DNA of 61,195 bases from a virus (taxonomy: Duplodnaviria > Caudoviricetes), in the IMG/VR virus record IMGVR_UViG_3300029448_000030, positions 1-61,195 of that record. One strand, given 5' to 3'. Below the pieces are notes generated by a model, which worked only from the letters and a program-made list of their open reading frames with translations, was not told where the DNA came from and ran no database searches. Position 1 is the first letter of the stretch. The number at the start of each line of letters is the position of its first letter. Shown here piece by piece: positions 10,466 through 20,844 of the stretch. Both the position numbers and the translations under genes were made by a program.

Positions 10466-11137
10466 TTAACCTCCTATTAAACCTCCTATACCACCAACTA
10501 CGTTACTTAATGAACTGTACATTTGTGCTTCTGCACCTGCTTCAGCGGTTCTAGCATCTCTTAAGTCTTGATTTGCATTGTCTAACATACCTGCGGTTCT
10601 ATTAAGTTCAGCTACTTCTCTTTGTTCTTTTGCACCAAACATAAATTGTTTACCCATAACATCAGCTGATTGTAACCTTTGTTCTTCTTGCATTTTAGCT
10701 TGGTTTAATCTTTCTTCACCTTGAGCATATAGTTTTTGATTTTGAGCTTCTTGTAATTGTATACTAGCAGATACTTGTTTTTTACTTTGTAATGCTGCTT
10801 GGGCTAAAGCTGTAGCACCACCTGCGCTAGCTCCAGTTGCTCTTAATGTATCTAGGGTATTAGCTAAAGAAATATCAGCTTGTTCCGCTTGAAATTTAGC
10901 AGCTTCTGTCGCTACACCTAAATTAGCATACGTGTTTGATAGTTCACCGCTAGTATCTGTTACGTCTTCGTACGGATTTATAATAGGTTGTCTTGTATTT
11001 TCTAGCGTGTTCAACTCACCTTTAAGACGGTCAGTTTCTTGTTGAGCCCTTCTTCTATCGTCTGCGGCTCTTCGCTGCGCGGCTCCTGCTCCAAGTAAGC
11101 CAACTGCCCCGCTGATTACTCCTGATGCTGCTCCCAT
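10466..11137 (-). CDS. Putative DNA ejection/pilot protein
   Basis: Gly/Ala-rich hydrophobic ends (MGAASGVISGAVGLLGAG; GGIGGLIGG) around an Ala/Gln coiled coil. Confidence 0.6.
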   Translation of the reverse strand: MGAASGVISGAVGLLGAGAAQRRAADDRRRAQQETDRLKGELNTLENTRQPIINPYEDVTDTSGELSNTYANLGVATEAAKFQAEQADISLANTLDTLRATGASAGGATALAQAALQSKKQVSASIQLQEAQNQKLYAQGEERLNQAKMQEEQRLQSADVMGKQFMFGAKEQREVAELNRTAGMLDNANQDLRDARTAEAGAEAQMYSSLSNVVGGIGGLIGG

Positions 11138-11139
11138 AT

Positions 11140-11529
11140 TTATGAATATTTATATATTATGTTGTGTTTTTTATCTAATACTTTGTAGTTTAATTTCTTA
11201 ACCTTGTCTACTATACTTGTATTAGCTGTCGTAGCCCATACAAATTTACAACCTTTATTTAAAGCTTTTTGAACCATGTGATCAATTAGCGTTGTTATTA
11301 AAGTGTTTCTATCTTTTTCTCTATATTTTATATTAGAAATAACAAAATCAACATAAGCTATTTTAGCATTGGTATAATATAAATAACCAGCTGCTACTTT
11401 AATGTTTTTGTTAGTAATAACATAACCTTTTTTAGGTAGACATTCTTGATCAGGAATTTTTAAACCCCAATCTTTCCACCAATTAATGATTTCATTATCA
11501 CTATTGGTTTTAAATTTTTTTATTATCAT
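11140..11529 (-). CDS. GNAT-fold acetyltransferase-like protein
   Basis: VAAGYLY..AKIAYVDFVISN..R..LI..LI...A.NKGCKFVW pattern; occupies the usual slot between muzzle and ejection genes. Confidence 0.6.
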   Translation of the reverse strand: MIIKKFKTNSDNEIINWWKDWGLKIPDQECLPKKGYVITNKNIKVAAGYLYYTNAKIAYVDFVISNIKYREKDRNTLITTLIDHMVQKALNKGCKFVWATTANTSIVDKVKKLNYKVLDKKHNIIYKYS

Positions 11530-11534
11530 TTAAT

Positions 11535-12872
11535 TTAATATGATGATTGCACGTATTCTGTAGATACTGCAAATAATTCGTTTGTTTGACTTGCGCCAGC
11601 TTCATTAGTAGCACTAAACGTAGCTATACCATAAAATCCTTTTACTCCAGATATATCAGCTCCATAAATAACTTCTCCTTGATTCACTGGACTAGTGTTT
11701 AATAAATTAGCAAAATATTTATTTTCTTTTGCTTTAAAAGTATTTTGTAGCAATGCACTTTCCATGTTTGCTAAAGTAGTAGGAACTGTATAAACATCTA
11801 TAGAATGAGCTGTATCTGACGTATTAGTTAAGTATGTTACAAAAGAACTTAAAGACCAATTACCATCACCTTCATAATTAACCGTTTTAAATGTTTTACT
11901 CATAGATGGTTGAGCATTAAATATTGTTGTAACAGTGGATATATTTTTTGATCCATAAAAAGCAGCTCTATCTATATTCTCTGAATAATGTTGATATAAA
12001 TCACCGGTTAAATCAAAACTATAAAACCTATTATCTACACTAAAAGTGTAAGCTGGAATATAACTATAGAAGCTAGTCCAACCTCTAGTTTTTTCATCAA
12101 AAGAAAGAGTAACAGCTCTTGCACCACTATCTTTCCCTACAGATGGTTGAATTGATAATACATATTGTTTACTATGTATATCCCAACCACCTACTAACCT
12201 ACCTATTTCACCCAGGTTACTTAAACTTAGGTTATCTCTAAAATAATCATACATTCCATAGCTAGATATCTCTGTTAAACCATCTTGAGATAATCTCATT
12301 ACTGCACTTTTATTAGCATCAGTAAAATATTTTCTATAACCATATACTGCAAATGATTCTGGATTTGTAGCTATACCATATTCCCCTGCATAAGATTGTA
12401 CTTGACCTATAACTAAATTACTACTTGTAGTTAAAGGTTGACCTTCAGCTGTGTAAATAGCATCTTTATCTATTAAAGCTCTATTAACTTTATATTCTTG
12501 GAATATTATCAAGTTAGTATCTTCAGCATATAGTAATTGTATAGTTCCTTTAGAAGGATCTACAGTTCTTGTAATCTCATTAGCAACTGAAAATTGATTT
12601 GTTTCATTAACATCTGTTCTAGAATTAAAAATTCCAGAATATATAATACTATTACCAAATGATTCTTGATATTTATTCTCTGTAGCTAAATAAGCTCTAG
12701 GAGCAATACCAGAAAACTTACCATTGAAATCACCTTTTATTCTTGATTCTTCAACATACCAATCATATTGAGCGTTTGTTCTATCCATATTACCAGTAGA
12801 AGCATTCCATGTTTGGTTTATCTTCTTTAAAATATAGGTATTATAGTATTTTATCTGTAGTGTCGTTGCCAT
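11535..12872 (-). CDS. Tail muzzle/stabilisation protein, C-terminal part
   Basis: Beta-propeller-like motifs YGIATNPESFAVYGYRKYFTD..SAVMRLSQDGLTEIS and TLSFDEKTRGWTSFYSYIP. Confidence 0.65.
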   Translation of the reverse strand: MATTLQIKYYNTYILKKINQTWNASTGNMDRTNAQYDWYVEESRIKGDFNGKFSGIAPRAYLATENKYQESFGNSIIYSGIFNSRTDVNETNQFSVANEITRTVDPSKGTIQLLYAEDTNLIIFQEYKVNRALIDKDAIYTAEGQPLTTSSNLVIGQVQSYAGEYGIATNPESFAVYGYRKYFTDANKSAVMRLSQDGLTEISSYGMYDYFRDNLSLSNLGEIGRLVGGWDIHSKQYVLSIQPSVGKDSGARAVTLSFDEKTRGWTSFYSYIPAYTFSVDNRFYSFDLTGDLYQHYSENIDRAAFYGSKNISTVTTIFNAQPSMSKTFKTVNYEGDGNWSLSSFVTYLTNTSDTAHSIDVYTVPTTLANMESALLQNTFKAKENKYFANLLNTSPVNQGEVIYGADISGVKGFYGIATFSATNEAGASQTNELFAVSTEYVQSSY

Positions 12873-12876
12873 CTAT

Positions 12877-12905
12877 TATAATCACTTATTTATTTAATAT
12901 TTTAC
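12877..12905 (-). promoter_or_regulatory. Class II (late) promoter-like motif
   Basis: GTAAA-N15-GTGATTATA, 4 nt before the ATG at 12872. Confidence 0.7.
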
Positions 12906-15900
12906 TATGCTCCTGGCCAGCCACTTGTTTTATACCAAACACTAGTGTGAAATGGTGGAACACCTGAAGCTGCTGTTACATTTTGTGGACTAACCGGTGC
13001 TGGATTTCCTACTAAATCATAAACCAAAGTTACTTTAGCACCAGCTGAACAATCTGTGAAATTTGTCCATTCAAGTTTACAGTTTATCCACGCAGAATCT
13101 TTAAAGTTTTGACTAGCTCCAAAAGCAGCAGATGCATTATCTCCTGGTACTACGCCAGCGTTTGTAGCAGCTGCGGTTGGAGTAAACGCTTCTAAAGAAC
13201 CTACTAAAGAATAAACTATTCCTGTAGTATCATAAGCCACTGTAGCTGGTCCGTTTGTAGGAGAACTTCCAGAGGGATCTAAACCATTTGTTCCATCTCC
13301 ATAAGCTGGAGCTTTCATTGCTGAAGTGGTATCTGTATTGTACCCTCCAAAACTTGCTTGTAATGCAAATGCTGGAGTAGGTAAAGCCGTACTATATACT
13401 TTCATGTATATATATATTTTATTAGATGTCCAGTTTTGTATACCTCCTACCCATATTGGTAATGTTGGTGATGCATAAGCTGATGAACAACCTGGTTGCA
13501 TACCACTTCCTGTTGGCGTACTTAACCAGTGTTGTGCTGGAACTATATAATTTGGATCACTTGGAGTTGTAGATGCTGTATAATAATTAGCAACTACTCC
13601 TGTATATGTTACTGCTGAAGGCGTGAATTGAATAGCTAATGTTTCAGAAGCACTAGTTCCATTTGTGTCGCTTAATTGAATAACAACTTCATGCAATGTA
13701 GATGAAAAGAAATCACCTTGTAAAGTTCCTATACTACCACTTACATCTGCTTTTCTTTCCAACCATATACCATAAAAATTCTCTGGACTACCTCCACTAC
13801 ACGTAGCCGCATTTTGTTCTGATTGTGCTTTTATGTAAAAATACGTAGCAATATCTGTAGAAGCTAAAGGAGCGGCGGTATTAGTACCTGTTATTTCACT
13901 ATACCAATTACCTGTTACAACACTTTTCCATCTACAACTTTGTATTGTCCAAACTAAATCTTTAGACTTATCACATGCATCACAACTACCATTAAATCCT
14001 TCTACTTTTCCTATTCCATTAAAAGCAGTTCCTGTCCATTTTAAAATAGTAGTATCAGTTGCCTCAGGTTGTGGACTATTTACTAGATTTATAATAGGCA
14101 CATCATTTGCTAAAGTCCTAGTAAAACTTTGATTAGAAGTAGTACCATCAGCTTGAGTAAACTGTATGTTAAATTGATATTTTTGTAACCATTCAAAATC
14201 TGTTAAACAAGCGTTTGTAGCTGTATTTTGCAACTTCCATGCACCACCACCGGCAGCCGCTATCTGAAATTCATTATTTCTATTAACACTTGTATCTAGA
14301 TTTTGAGATACAGGGTCATAAGAATAAACAGATGATAATATAGCTGTAGTGCTTACATCGTTACCTTGAGGTGTTTGTGCGAAAAAAGCTGTTGTTATAT
14401 CAGATCCTGCGCAATCTCCTTCGTTATATTGCCAAACAAAACTACTTAATCCTGTTATAGCTGTTCCTGATCCTACCACTGCTTCGTTTATGTCTGAGAT
14501 TAAACCCGTTGTAGAACTCTCCCAAAATAAATCAAGATTAGAAACTGTTGGTGAAGTTTCATAAACAGATAAAGACATAACATCAGGATATTCAGCACTA
14601 CCAGTGGTTGTATTAAAATCTCCTTGAGGAACTCCCATAGCTTTTTGTACACTAATTTTTGCTACAAATGGTTTTTGGTCTAAATCAAAAATAGAATTAG
14701 AATTTATATAAGGAGGTGTACCTGCGGCTCCCGCAGTAAAGTCTATTTCTGGAAATACATCTCTAATACCACCTATTAATTCAACTGAATCAGGAGTTGT
14801 ATTTGGAAAAAACTGCGTATTATTTCCAGCCCCTGCAACTGTATTGTTAGTTACTCTACCAAACCACGTAAGATCACTATTAAATTGAACGTCTTGATTA
14901 CTAATTTCTGTTAATTGTCTCGGTACTTTATTTATATTATCATGTACTAAAACACAAAAAGCTGTACTACCTATTTCAGTAGTGTTACCCTGTATTGGAT
15001 AACCGCTTATAATTCCAGGTAGATAAACATTATAAAATTCTTGTTGCTGTTGCTTTACTACTACTCTATATGAATAGAAACCATTTACATTTATATTATA
15101 AGTAAAATTACTTACTTGTTTATCTGTTTTTGGTTCTGTCCTAGTAGTTGGATTACTAGCGGGGTCAGTGTCTCCTTGAAACATATAGTTATCTGAAATT
15201 TCATCATCAGTATATATATTAAAAACATCAGTTGTTCCAACTTGTGCAAATGTTTTTACCTCTGTATAATCTACATATTTACCTCTTAAACTTCTACCTA
15301 CTCCAAATAAAGCTGTTGTATTAGCTATACTAGCAGTAGTATCAGCATCCAACTTTAAATAATCTAATTGATACCTATATTTACCTGCTTCATTAGTAGT
15401 TCCTTCAAATAAATATACTAATTTAATTTTTAAACCACTAACAGATAAACTAGCACCGCTATTAAAACAAGTTTGCAATTGACCGCTACCGTTGGTAGAT
15501 GCTGTAAATGGTAAAGTGACTTCTACCCATCCAGATCCATCGTTTGTATAAAGCTTTAAAGTGTTGCCTGAAGCAACAGTACCTACTAACATATTTGTCC
15601 AGGCATAACAAACTTGACTTGCTACAGTATTCTGTTCTTGCACGCTATAATTTAAAAATCCAGCCCATGGAGAAGCATATGTTGGAGCTGATGAGCTACC
15701 AATTGTATACATACTTGGTTGTGCATATAAAGCACTATTATCACCATTTATATTTATTACGCTGTCAAATGTTAAATTTAAGTTTTCACCTGTCCAAGAC
15801 TTTGTTAATTCTGCGTTTTCAGCATATCTGTAAGTTGTAAAATAATTAGATCCTTCAACTGGTTCACCACCAGCAACTAATACATTATCTTTTGAAGATA

Positions 15901-17737
15901 GCACTACATCTGTTTGTCTACCCCATTTATCAGCTAATATTATACCAACTTGATAGTTTCGGTTTTGTTTAACTGAATGTTGAGGATATTCTTCAGCGCC
16001 TTGAGCTGTTCTATCTCCAGATGCAACAGCATAATCTAATCCTAAAGGAGCGTTGTATCCTTGTATAAAATTACCATACATTACTCTATTACCTGCAACT
16101 TCTTGAGTTAAAGCTCTTACTGGAACTTTATCATATACTCTAGTAGTTTCGTCTGTAGGTAGGGTTTTAAAAGGAATAGTTGACTGATATGTGTACTGAT
16201 ATATATTAGTGTTATTTAGATTGGTTATAAATTGAGGAGTTACCTCTATACTTTGTAGTATTTTATAAGCAAGAGAATCTGATTCTTTATATATAATATC
16301 TATATCACTAACTTGATAATCACTTACAATATCTAAGGAAGGTAATTGTATATTTAAAACAATATTATTAATACTATTTTGCATAAATTTAATAATAGTT
16401 GATCTCATTGCATCATCTTCATCATCATTTAAAAACCAACCTTCTTGTTGTGGTATAAAACACTCTTGTGTGAAAGGAGCAATGATTGAATACTCTCCAT
16501 CTGCAAATTTAAATCTATAACTAAATCTAACAAATTTATCTTTTATAAATTCTGGGTCACCTTGCCATCCTTTAAATCCAGCGTTTTGAGTTACTCTTAC
16601 AGCGTAACCTTGTTTTGTGCCTGAATTAGTAACAATAGTTGGCGCGTTAGCATTATCTTCAATTAGAAAATACTTGTTAGCATCAGCTATCCAATATCTA
16701 GCTTCAGTTGTCAAATTAGCAAAATCATCGTTAGCAGCAGTAGCTTTTCTCTGACCTGAAGGAGTTCCATCAAAACCTTTAGTGTTATTAGAAGCACTAG
16801 ACGTACTTGTCCATAAATCTGTAGATTTTATATTACCTGGAGTTCCTGTTGCTGTGTCTGATTTAAGATTAGTAAACATAGCTTCTGTAGCTAACGTATA
16901 ACCATAAGGAGCTAAATTTCTAGAATCTGTTACAGCATGTCTATTATAGAGTTTTTGATAAACAACACCATTACTTAATTGATTATCATAATAACACCAA
17001 CAACCTGTTGAAGCGGTATCATAATTAACCCAATCTGTATAAGATTCAGCTTGTGGTATTAAATCACCATTTCTATATCTAGTTACATCTAAGTTGTCTG
17101 TAGCCCATGTATATGAACCTATAGCTATAACAGGTAGATTTTCAGCATCAGACATTGTACTAGGTTTTAAATCACTAATACTTCTAAGATCTATTAGATC
17201 AGGCGCTAAATAAGGCGCAAACTTACATACTGTTACGCTAGTCTCACTATCATAATAAGAACTGTTTAAAGATGCTGTTACTACATTTATAACTCTAGGT
17301 TGGTTTCTATTATCAGTCCAAAATAATAAATTCTCTAATAAGTTAATCCCAGTAACTCTACTAGTTGTTGAAAAGTTTAAGAAAACACCTGACACTAAAG
17401 TTTGAGGCGTAGAAGTATTTGAACTTGGTTGCCATCTTAATATTTTACATTTTTTAGTAGAAGTAGATAAAAGAGTGGCAGATGCAGTGTTATCTGTCAT
17501 GAAGTAATATATGTACCCACTAGCGTCATCAATATGTGTTCCAATACATTGAGTACCATCTGAGCTATCTATAACTTTTTCATTACCTAAAACAGCTTCT
17601 AGCGCACCAACATCTTGGTCTTCAGATCTAGAGACTGCTATGTTTTGAGCGTCTCTGTATTCATTATTTGGTACTAGTCTATCGTCTAAGTCTTTATTCA
17701 TCTTAGACTTGATAAAGCTATTTTTATTTTCTGCCAT
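12905..17737 (-). CDS. Tail muzzle/stabilisation protein, N-terminal part, with inserted Fib_succ_major (FISUMP)-like domain and long C-terminal extension
   Basis: N-terminus MNKDLDDRLVPNNEYRDAQNI, LLFWTDNRNQPRVIN, DKFVRFSYRFKF; insert IGSYTWATDNL..WCYYDN..LYN..GYAVR. Confidence 0.7.
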   Translation of the reverse strand: MAENKNSFIKSKMNKDLDDRLVPNNEYRDAQNIAVSRSEDQDVGALEAVLGNEKVIDSSDGTQCIGTHIDDASGYIYYFMTDNTASATLLSTSTKKCKILRWQPSSNTSTPQTLVSGVFLNFSTTSRVTGINLLENLLFWTDNRNQPRVINVVTASLNSSYYDSETSVTVCKFAPYLAPDLIDLRSISDLKPSTMSDAENLPVIAIGSYTWATDNLDVTRYRNGDLIPQAESYTDWVNYDTASTGCWCYYDNQLSNGVVYQKLYNRHAVTDSRNLAPYGYTLATEAMFTNLKSDTATGTPGNIKSTDLWTSTSSASNNTKGFDGTPSGQRKATAANDDFANLTTEARYWIADANKYFLIEDNANAPTIVTNSGTKQGYAVRVTQNAGFKGWQGDPEFIKDKFVRFSYRFKFADGEYSIIAPFTQECFIPQQEGWFLNDDEDDAMRSTIIKFMQNSINNIVLNIQLPSLDIVSDYQVSDIDIIYKESDSLAYKILQSIEVTPQFITNLNNTNIYQYTYQSTIPFKTLPTDETTRVYDKVPVRALTQEVAGNRVMYGNFIQGYNAPLGLDYAVASGDRTAQGAEEYPQHSVKQNRNYQVGIILADKWGRQTDVVLSSKDNVLVAGGEPVEGSNYFTTYRYAENAELTKSWTGENLNLTFDSVININGDNSALYAQPSMYTIGSSSAPTYASPWAGFLNYSVQEQNTVASQVCYAWTNMLVGTVASGNTLKLYTNDGSGWVEVTLPFTASTNGSGQLQTCFNSGASLSVSGLKIKLVYLFEGTTNEAGKYRYQLDYLKLDADTTASIANTTALFGVGRSLRGKYVDYTEVKTFAQVGTTDVFNIYTDDEISDNYMFQGDTDPASNPTTRTEPKTDKQVSNFTYNINVNGFYSYRVVVKQQQQEFYNVYLPGIISGYPIQGNTTEIGSTAFCVLVHDNINKVPRQLTEISNQDVQFNSDLTWFGRVTNNTVAGAGNNTQFFPNTTPDSVELIGGIRDVFPEIDFTAGAAGTPPYINSNSIFDLDQKPFVAKISVQKAMGVPQGDFNTTTGSAEYPDVMSLSVYETSPTVSNLDLFWESSTTGLISDINEAVVGSGTAITGLSSFVWQYNEGDCAGSDITTAFFAQTPQGNDVSTTAILSSVYSYDPVSQNLDTSVNRNNEFQIAAAGGGAWKLQNTATNACLTDFEWLQKYQFNIQFTQADGTTSNQSFTRTLANDVPIINLVNSPQPEATDTTILKWTGTAFNGIGKVEGFNGSCDACDKSKDLVWTIQSCRWKSVVTGNWYSEITGTNTAAPLASTDIATYFYIKAQSEQNAATCSGGSPENFYGIWLERKADVSGSIGTLQGDFFSSTLHEVVIQLSDTNGTSASETLAIQFTPSAVTYTGVVANYYTASTTPSDPNYIVPAQHWLSTPTGSGMQPGCSSAYASPTLPIWVGGIQNWTSNKIYIYMKVYSTALPTPAFALQASFGGYNTDTTSAMKAPAYGDGTNGLDPSGSSPTNGPATVAYDTTGIVYSLVGSLEAFTPTAAATNAGVVPGDNASAAFGASQNFKDSAWINCKLEWTNFTDCSAGAKVTLVYDLVGNPAPVSPQNVTAASGVPPFHTSVWYKTSGWPGA

Positions 17738-17739
17738 AT

Positions 17740-19014
17740 TTAATTTTTAATCCACTTAGATTTGTTGCGCATAACTTGTACTATCTCATCTAGTTTGATA
17801 TTAGATAATCTAATTTTAGCATTTCTTAATTTAGCTGCTTTTTCTTTTTTAAGTCTTAAAACAACATATTCAGGTTGATTAATTCTACTAGCTATAATAG
17901 AGTATATTATATAAGAATACATAGCGTCTTCAGCAAGTTTAGGAACTTTACTATCTAAATCATAAGCTAATCCATCTGAAACATATTCAAAAACCATTAG
18001 ATTTCCTGCTAAATTACTAGAAAAAGATAATTTATTTTCTCTTTCATTTATATTAAACCAACCATTCATTTGAGAAGCCGAAGGTTCTAAACCATATCTT
18101 TGACCCCAGCCGTATCCAGTTCCAAGTCCCCAACCATATCCATACCCATACCAATCTGGGTCCATACCGTTACTTATCTCAGCATCAGTTAAATTATTAT
18201 TTATTAAAGTTGTGTTTGCATCATGCCATCTTTCTTGTGTTAGTGATGTACCTTCTGTATCATTACCGAAATTATCTTGAGTAGGTACTCCTTGATCATC
18301 TTGTAATTGCGTGTAATATGGACTAATAGTTATATTGTTAGTAGGGTATATAATATGTTTAACACCTAAATCATCTATCCATGAACATCTAACATAATTT
18401 ACATAGTCTTGAGGTAATATTAATGTTAAATTAGAAGGAATTGTTAGCTCTGCAGATTTTATACTTTTTAGTGTATCATAACTAAACTCTTGCATTGCTC
18501 GTTTAGCATGGAAAATTACATCTGTTCTTTTAACATCTGGGATTAATTTATCTTTTCCTACATATCCAACTAAGAAGTTGTTTACAACATCATTTAGTTT
18601 TATGTATTGATAACTACCGTAGTTGTCCTCTACAGCTTGACCATAAGCTTTATCTGCTTGAGTGTTACCATATTTACCGCCGGATAAACTTTTTAATTGA
18701 ACAACGATAAAAACATTAGCACCTGGATTTCCAGTTATAGTAATAACATTATTAGCTAGCGTGTAAGCTGCTGTGTATTCTGTCCAAGTTCCTGGGGTTC
18801 CTAATACACTAGTGTATATTTTAAAATTATTTAAAGCATAATCAGTTGTAGTAGGATCATAATTACCTAAATACAAATCAGTATCAAAGGTTGTTTCTAG
18901 TTTTTGCGCAGCGGTGTTACCGGCGTCACCTTTAAAGTTTTGAGATCCTGAATAGTATTGTTGTGCTGTTTCGCTTATCATACCATTGTTAGGTGGTTTT
19001 ATTATACTTGCCAT
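17740..19014 (-). CDS. Tail ring/tubular protein
   Basis: Position downstream of the capsid; DVIFHAKRAMQEFSYD, LPQDYVNYVR, EYVSDGL motifs. Confidence 0.55.
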   Translation of the reverse strand: MASIIKPPNNGMISETAQQYYSGSQNFKGDAGNTAAQKLETTFDTDLYLGNYDPTTTDYALNNFKIYTSVLGTPGTWTEYTAAYTLANNVITITGNPGANVFIVVQLKSLSGGKYGNTQADKAYGQAVEDNYGSYQYIKLNDVVNNFLVGYVGKDKLIPDVKRTDVIFHAKRAMQEFSYDTLKSIKSAELTIPSNLTLILPQDYVNYVRCSWIDDLGVKHIIYPTNNITISPYYTQLQDDQGVPTQDNFGNDTEGTSLTQERWHDANTTLINNNLTDAEISNGMDPDWYGYGYGWGLGTGYGWGQRYGLEPSASQMNGWFNINERENKLSFSSNLAGNLMVFEYVSDGLAYDLDSKVPKLAEDAMYSYIIYSIIASRINQPEYVVLRLKKEKAAKLRNAKIRLSNIKLDEIVQVMRNKSKWIKN

Positions 19015-19020
19015 AACTTA

Positions 19021-19938
19021 TTATTGTTTTTCATTTATTTCATTAGCAGCTAATTCTTGTGAAGCTGCTTGAACTATCATTGGATCTTTAATTGTGATAC
19101 CAGCATATTTTAATATTTCTAAAATAACTGTAGTTTGTTCAGATATATCTAATTCAAAATCTACTGAAGTGGTAGGATTCCAAACGTAATAACCAGTAGT
19201 AGATGTAAAATTCCACGTCACATCACCAGGTTTTCTTATATAGCTTACTGAAACGTCAGATGTTATTGTTTGTGGATATATTATTATATAATTATTTTCA
19301 TAAACATATACTGGAAAATATTCAGAAGGTTTAGTGATAGTAGACATGTTCATTTGAGCTATTTCATTTCTTTGAACACATTGAACTTCTTTATTGTCTT
19401 TGTAAAATACAGTTCCAAGTTTATAAAAATCTTGTGGATATAACGTAATTAATAAAGTAGAACCTGCAGCAATAGCACCGGCTGTTAAATTAAATACACC
19501 ACCAGTAATATTATAATTAGTATAAGCAACACCATCTAAAGTGACTACTACGTTACTATCTTCTACTTGAGCTTGTGTTATTGTTGTTAATGTATAAGCA
19601 GTTTGTGTATTAACTGTGGGGAAAGTTTGCGTTCCGCTAGCCACTCCTGAAGAATTTGGGTGGGTAAAATAATTAGGTGTTGCGACAACATAAGAAGCGT
19701 CGCCTAATACTTTAAATATATCAAGTTTTTCTTGAACCGTTTTATATCTGTTACCGTACTCACTTTCATTTTGTGGTACACGTATTTGTTGATTTAACGT
19801 TTCAAAATAGCTTTCAAATATTTCTAATTGAACTTGAGTAGCAATTTTATTAAACTCATCTGGAGTTAAATAACCTCTTTGTTCTTTATTTATTATTAAT
19901 AAGACTGTTTTGTAAACTTTATCTACGTTTATAGCCAT
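19021..19938 (-). CDS. Tail ring/adaptor protein
   Basis: INKEQRGYLTPDEFN..QLEIF N-terminus, YIRKP and ILKYAG motifs; position. Confidence 0.55.
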   Translation of the reverse strand: MAINVDKVYKTVLLIINKEQRGYLTPDEFNKIATQVQLEIFESYFETLNQQIRVPQNESEYGNRYKTVQEKLDIFKVLGDASYVVATPNYFTHPNSSGVASGTQTFPTVNTQTAYTLTTITQAQVEDSNVVVTLDGVAYTNYNITGGVFNLTAGAIAAGSTLLITLYPQDFYKLGTVFYKDNKEVQCVQRNEIAQMNMSTITKPSEYFPVYVYENNYIIIYPQTITSDVSVSYIRKPGDVTWNFTSTTGYYVWNPTTSVDFELDISEQTTVILEILKYAGITIKDPMIVQAASQELAANEINEKQ

Positions 19939-19956
19939 TTATATTTCTTTTAATTA

Positions 19957-19987
19957 TATAGTTCAGGGCCCGAAGACCCTGACTATA
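19957..19987 (-). other. Stem-loop with cUUCGg tetraloop (5' leader hairpin or terminator)
   Basis: Minus strand TATAGTCAGGGTC-TTCG-GGCCCTGAACTATA, starting 4 nt after the class II motif at 19992. Confidence 0.65.
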
Positions 19988-19991
19988 TTGT

Positions 19992-20020
19992 TATAATTAC
20001 AGGTATTTATAGTTTTTTAT
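19992..20020 (-). promoter_or_regulatory. Class II promoter-like motif (variant)
   Basis: ATAAA-N15-GTAATTATA. Confidence 0.55.
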
Positions 20021-20780
20021 CTATAGACTTGTAAATTTCTACCCCTTCATCTGTCTTGAAAAAGGCAGCCATTGCTGAATAAGGATTTTCATCAAAAGGA
20101 ACATTCATTAGTTTTCTATTATTAGAAGCCCATGAAAATGATCTTTGATCTTGAGATAGTTTTATAATTCCTGCTTCAGTTGCTCTAACTGCAACATTTC
20201 TAAGCTGAACATTCTCATCTCGCGCTAACTCTATAAACAACATAGGTCTACTTCTTGCAAAAATCAATAAGTCTCTTTTTAATTCTTTTGAAGACATTTC
20301 ATTTACTTTTGATCCTATTTCAACTCTTAATATTGCTTCAGCTAGATTAATATCTATTTCTCTAGCTAAATTAAGAGCATCAACTTGTAGACCTAACAAC
20401 TCTAATTCATCAGTTGCTTCTTCTACTGCATCAAACTCACTATAAATTTTACTTCTTAATGGATGGTATTGTGATAATAGTCTCTGTAGATTTTGTTTTT
20501 CTTTAGGAACTGATAGCACCCCATCTCTAAAAGTTATATGACCTAATGTTGCTTCACCTTTTTGTTCATCTACAAATGGTGAATCTTGATTAGTTGCATA
20601 TCTTAATTCTCTTTGTTTACCTGACTCTGTATCAAAATAAAGTAATGAGTGTTTTCTTGTATGTTTAGAAGGTATTGTATAAGTCAAAGGTTCTTTCTTA
20701 TCATTTAAAAAATATCTTCTATCTTTTATCTCCCATTTAGGAGCTTGAGGTTTTTTAACCTCTTTTTCTTTTGTTGCCAT
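20007..20780 (-). CDS. Conserved-looking virion-associated protein downstream of the capsid gene
   Basis: 257-aa ORF; position only. Confidence 0.5.
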   Translation of the reverse strand: MATKEKEVKKPQAPKWEIKDRRYFLNDKKEPLTYTIPSKHTRKHSLLYFDTESGKQRELRYATNQDSPFVDEQKGEATLGHITFRDGVLSVPKEKQNLQRLLSQYHPLRSKIYSEFDAVEEATDELELLGLQVDALNLAREIDINLAEAILRVEIGSKVNEMSSKELKRDLLIFARSRPMLFIELARDENVQLRNVAVRATEAGIIKLSQDQRSFSWASNNRKLMNVPFDENPYSAMAAFFKTDEGVEIYKSIDKKL

Positions 20781-20803
20781 AATATAATATAATTAAATAG
20801 TTA

Positions 20804-20835
20804 AAGGTATATGGGCGCCGAAGCGCCCTTACCTT
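20804..20835 (-). terminator. Hairpin after the major capsid gene (terminator or 3' stabiliser)
   Basis: AAGGTAAGGGCGC-TTCG-GCGCCCATATACCTT about 10 nt after the stop codon; U-tract weak. Confidence 0.6.
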
Positions 20836-20844
20836 ATAAATCAA

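Noticed and set aside
12873-12907. Stop-codon recoding or readthrough joining the two muzzle ORFs
   Set aside because: TAG is followed immediately by TAA, long genes are intact in the standard code, and no suppressor tRNA is seen.
16590-17130. Diversity-generating retroelement
   Set aside because: A plausible target fold is present, but no reverse transcriptase or template repeat is visible in the window.
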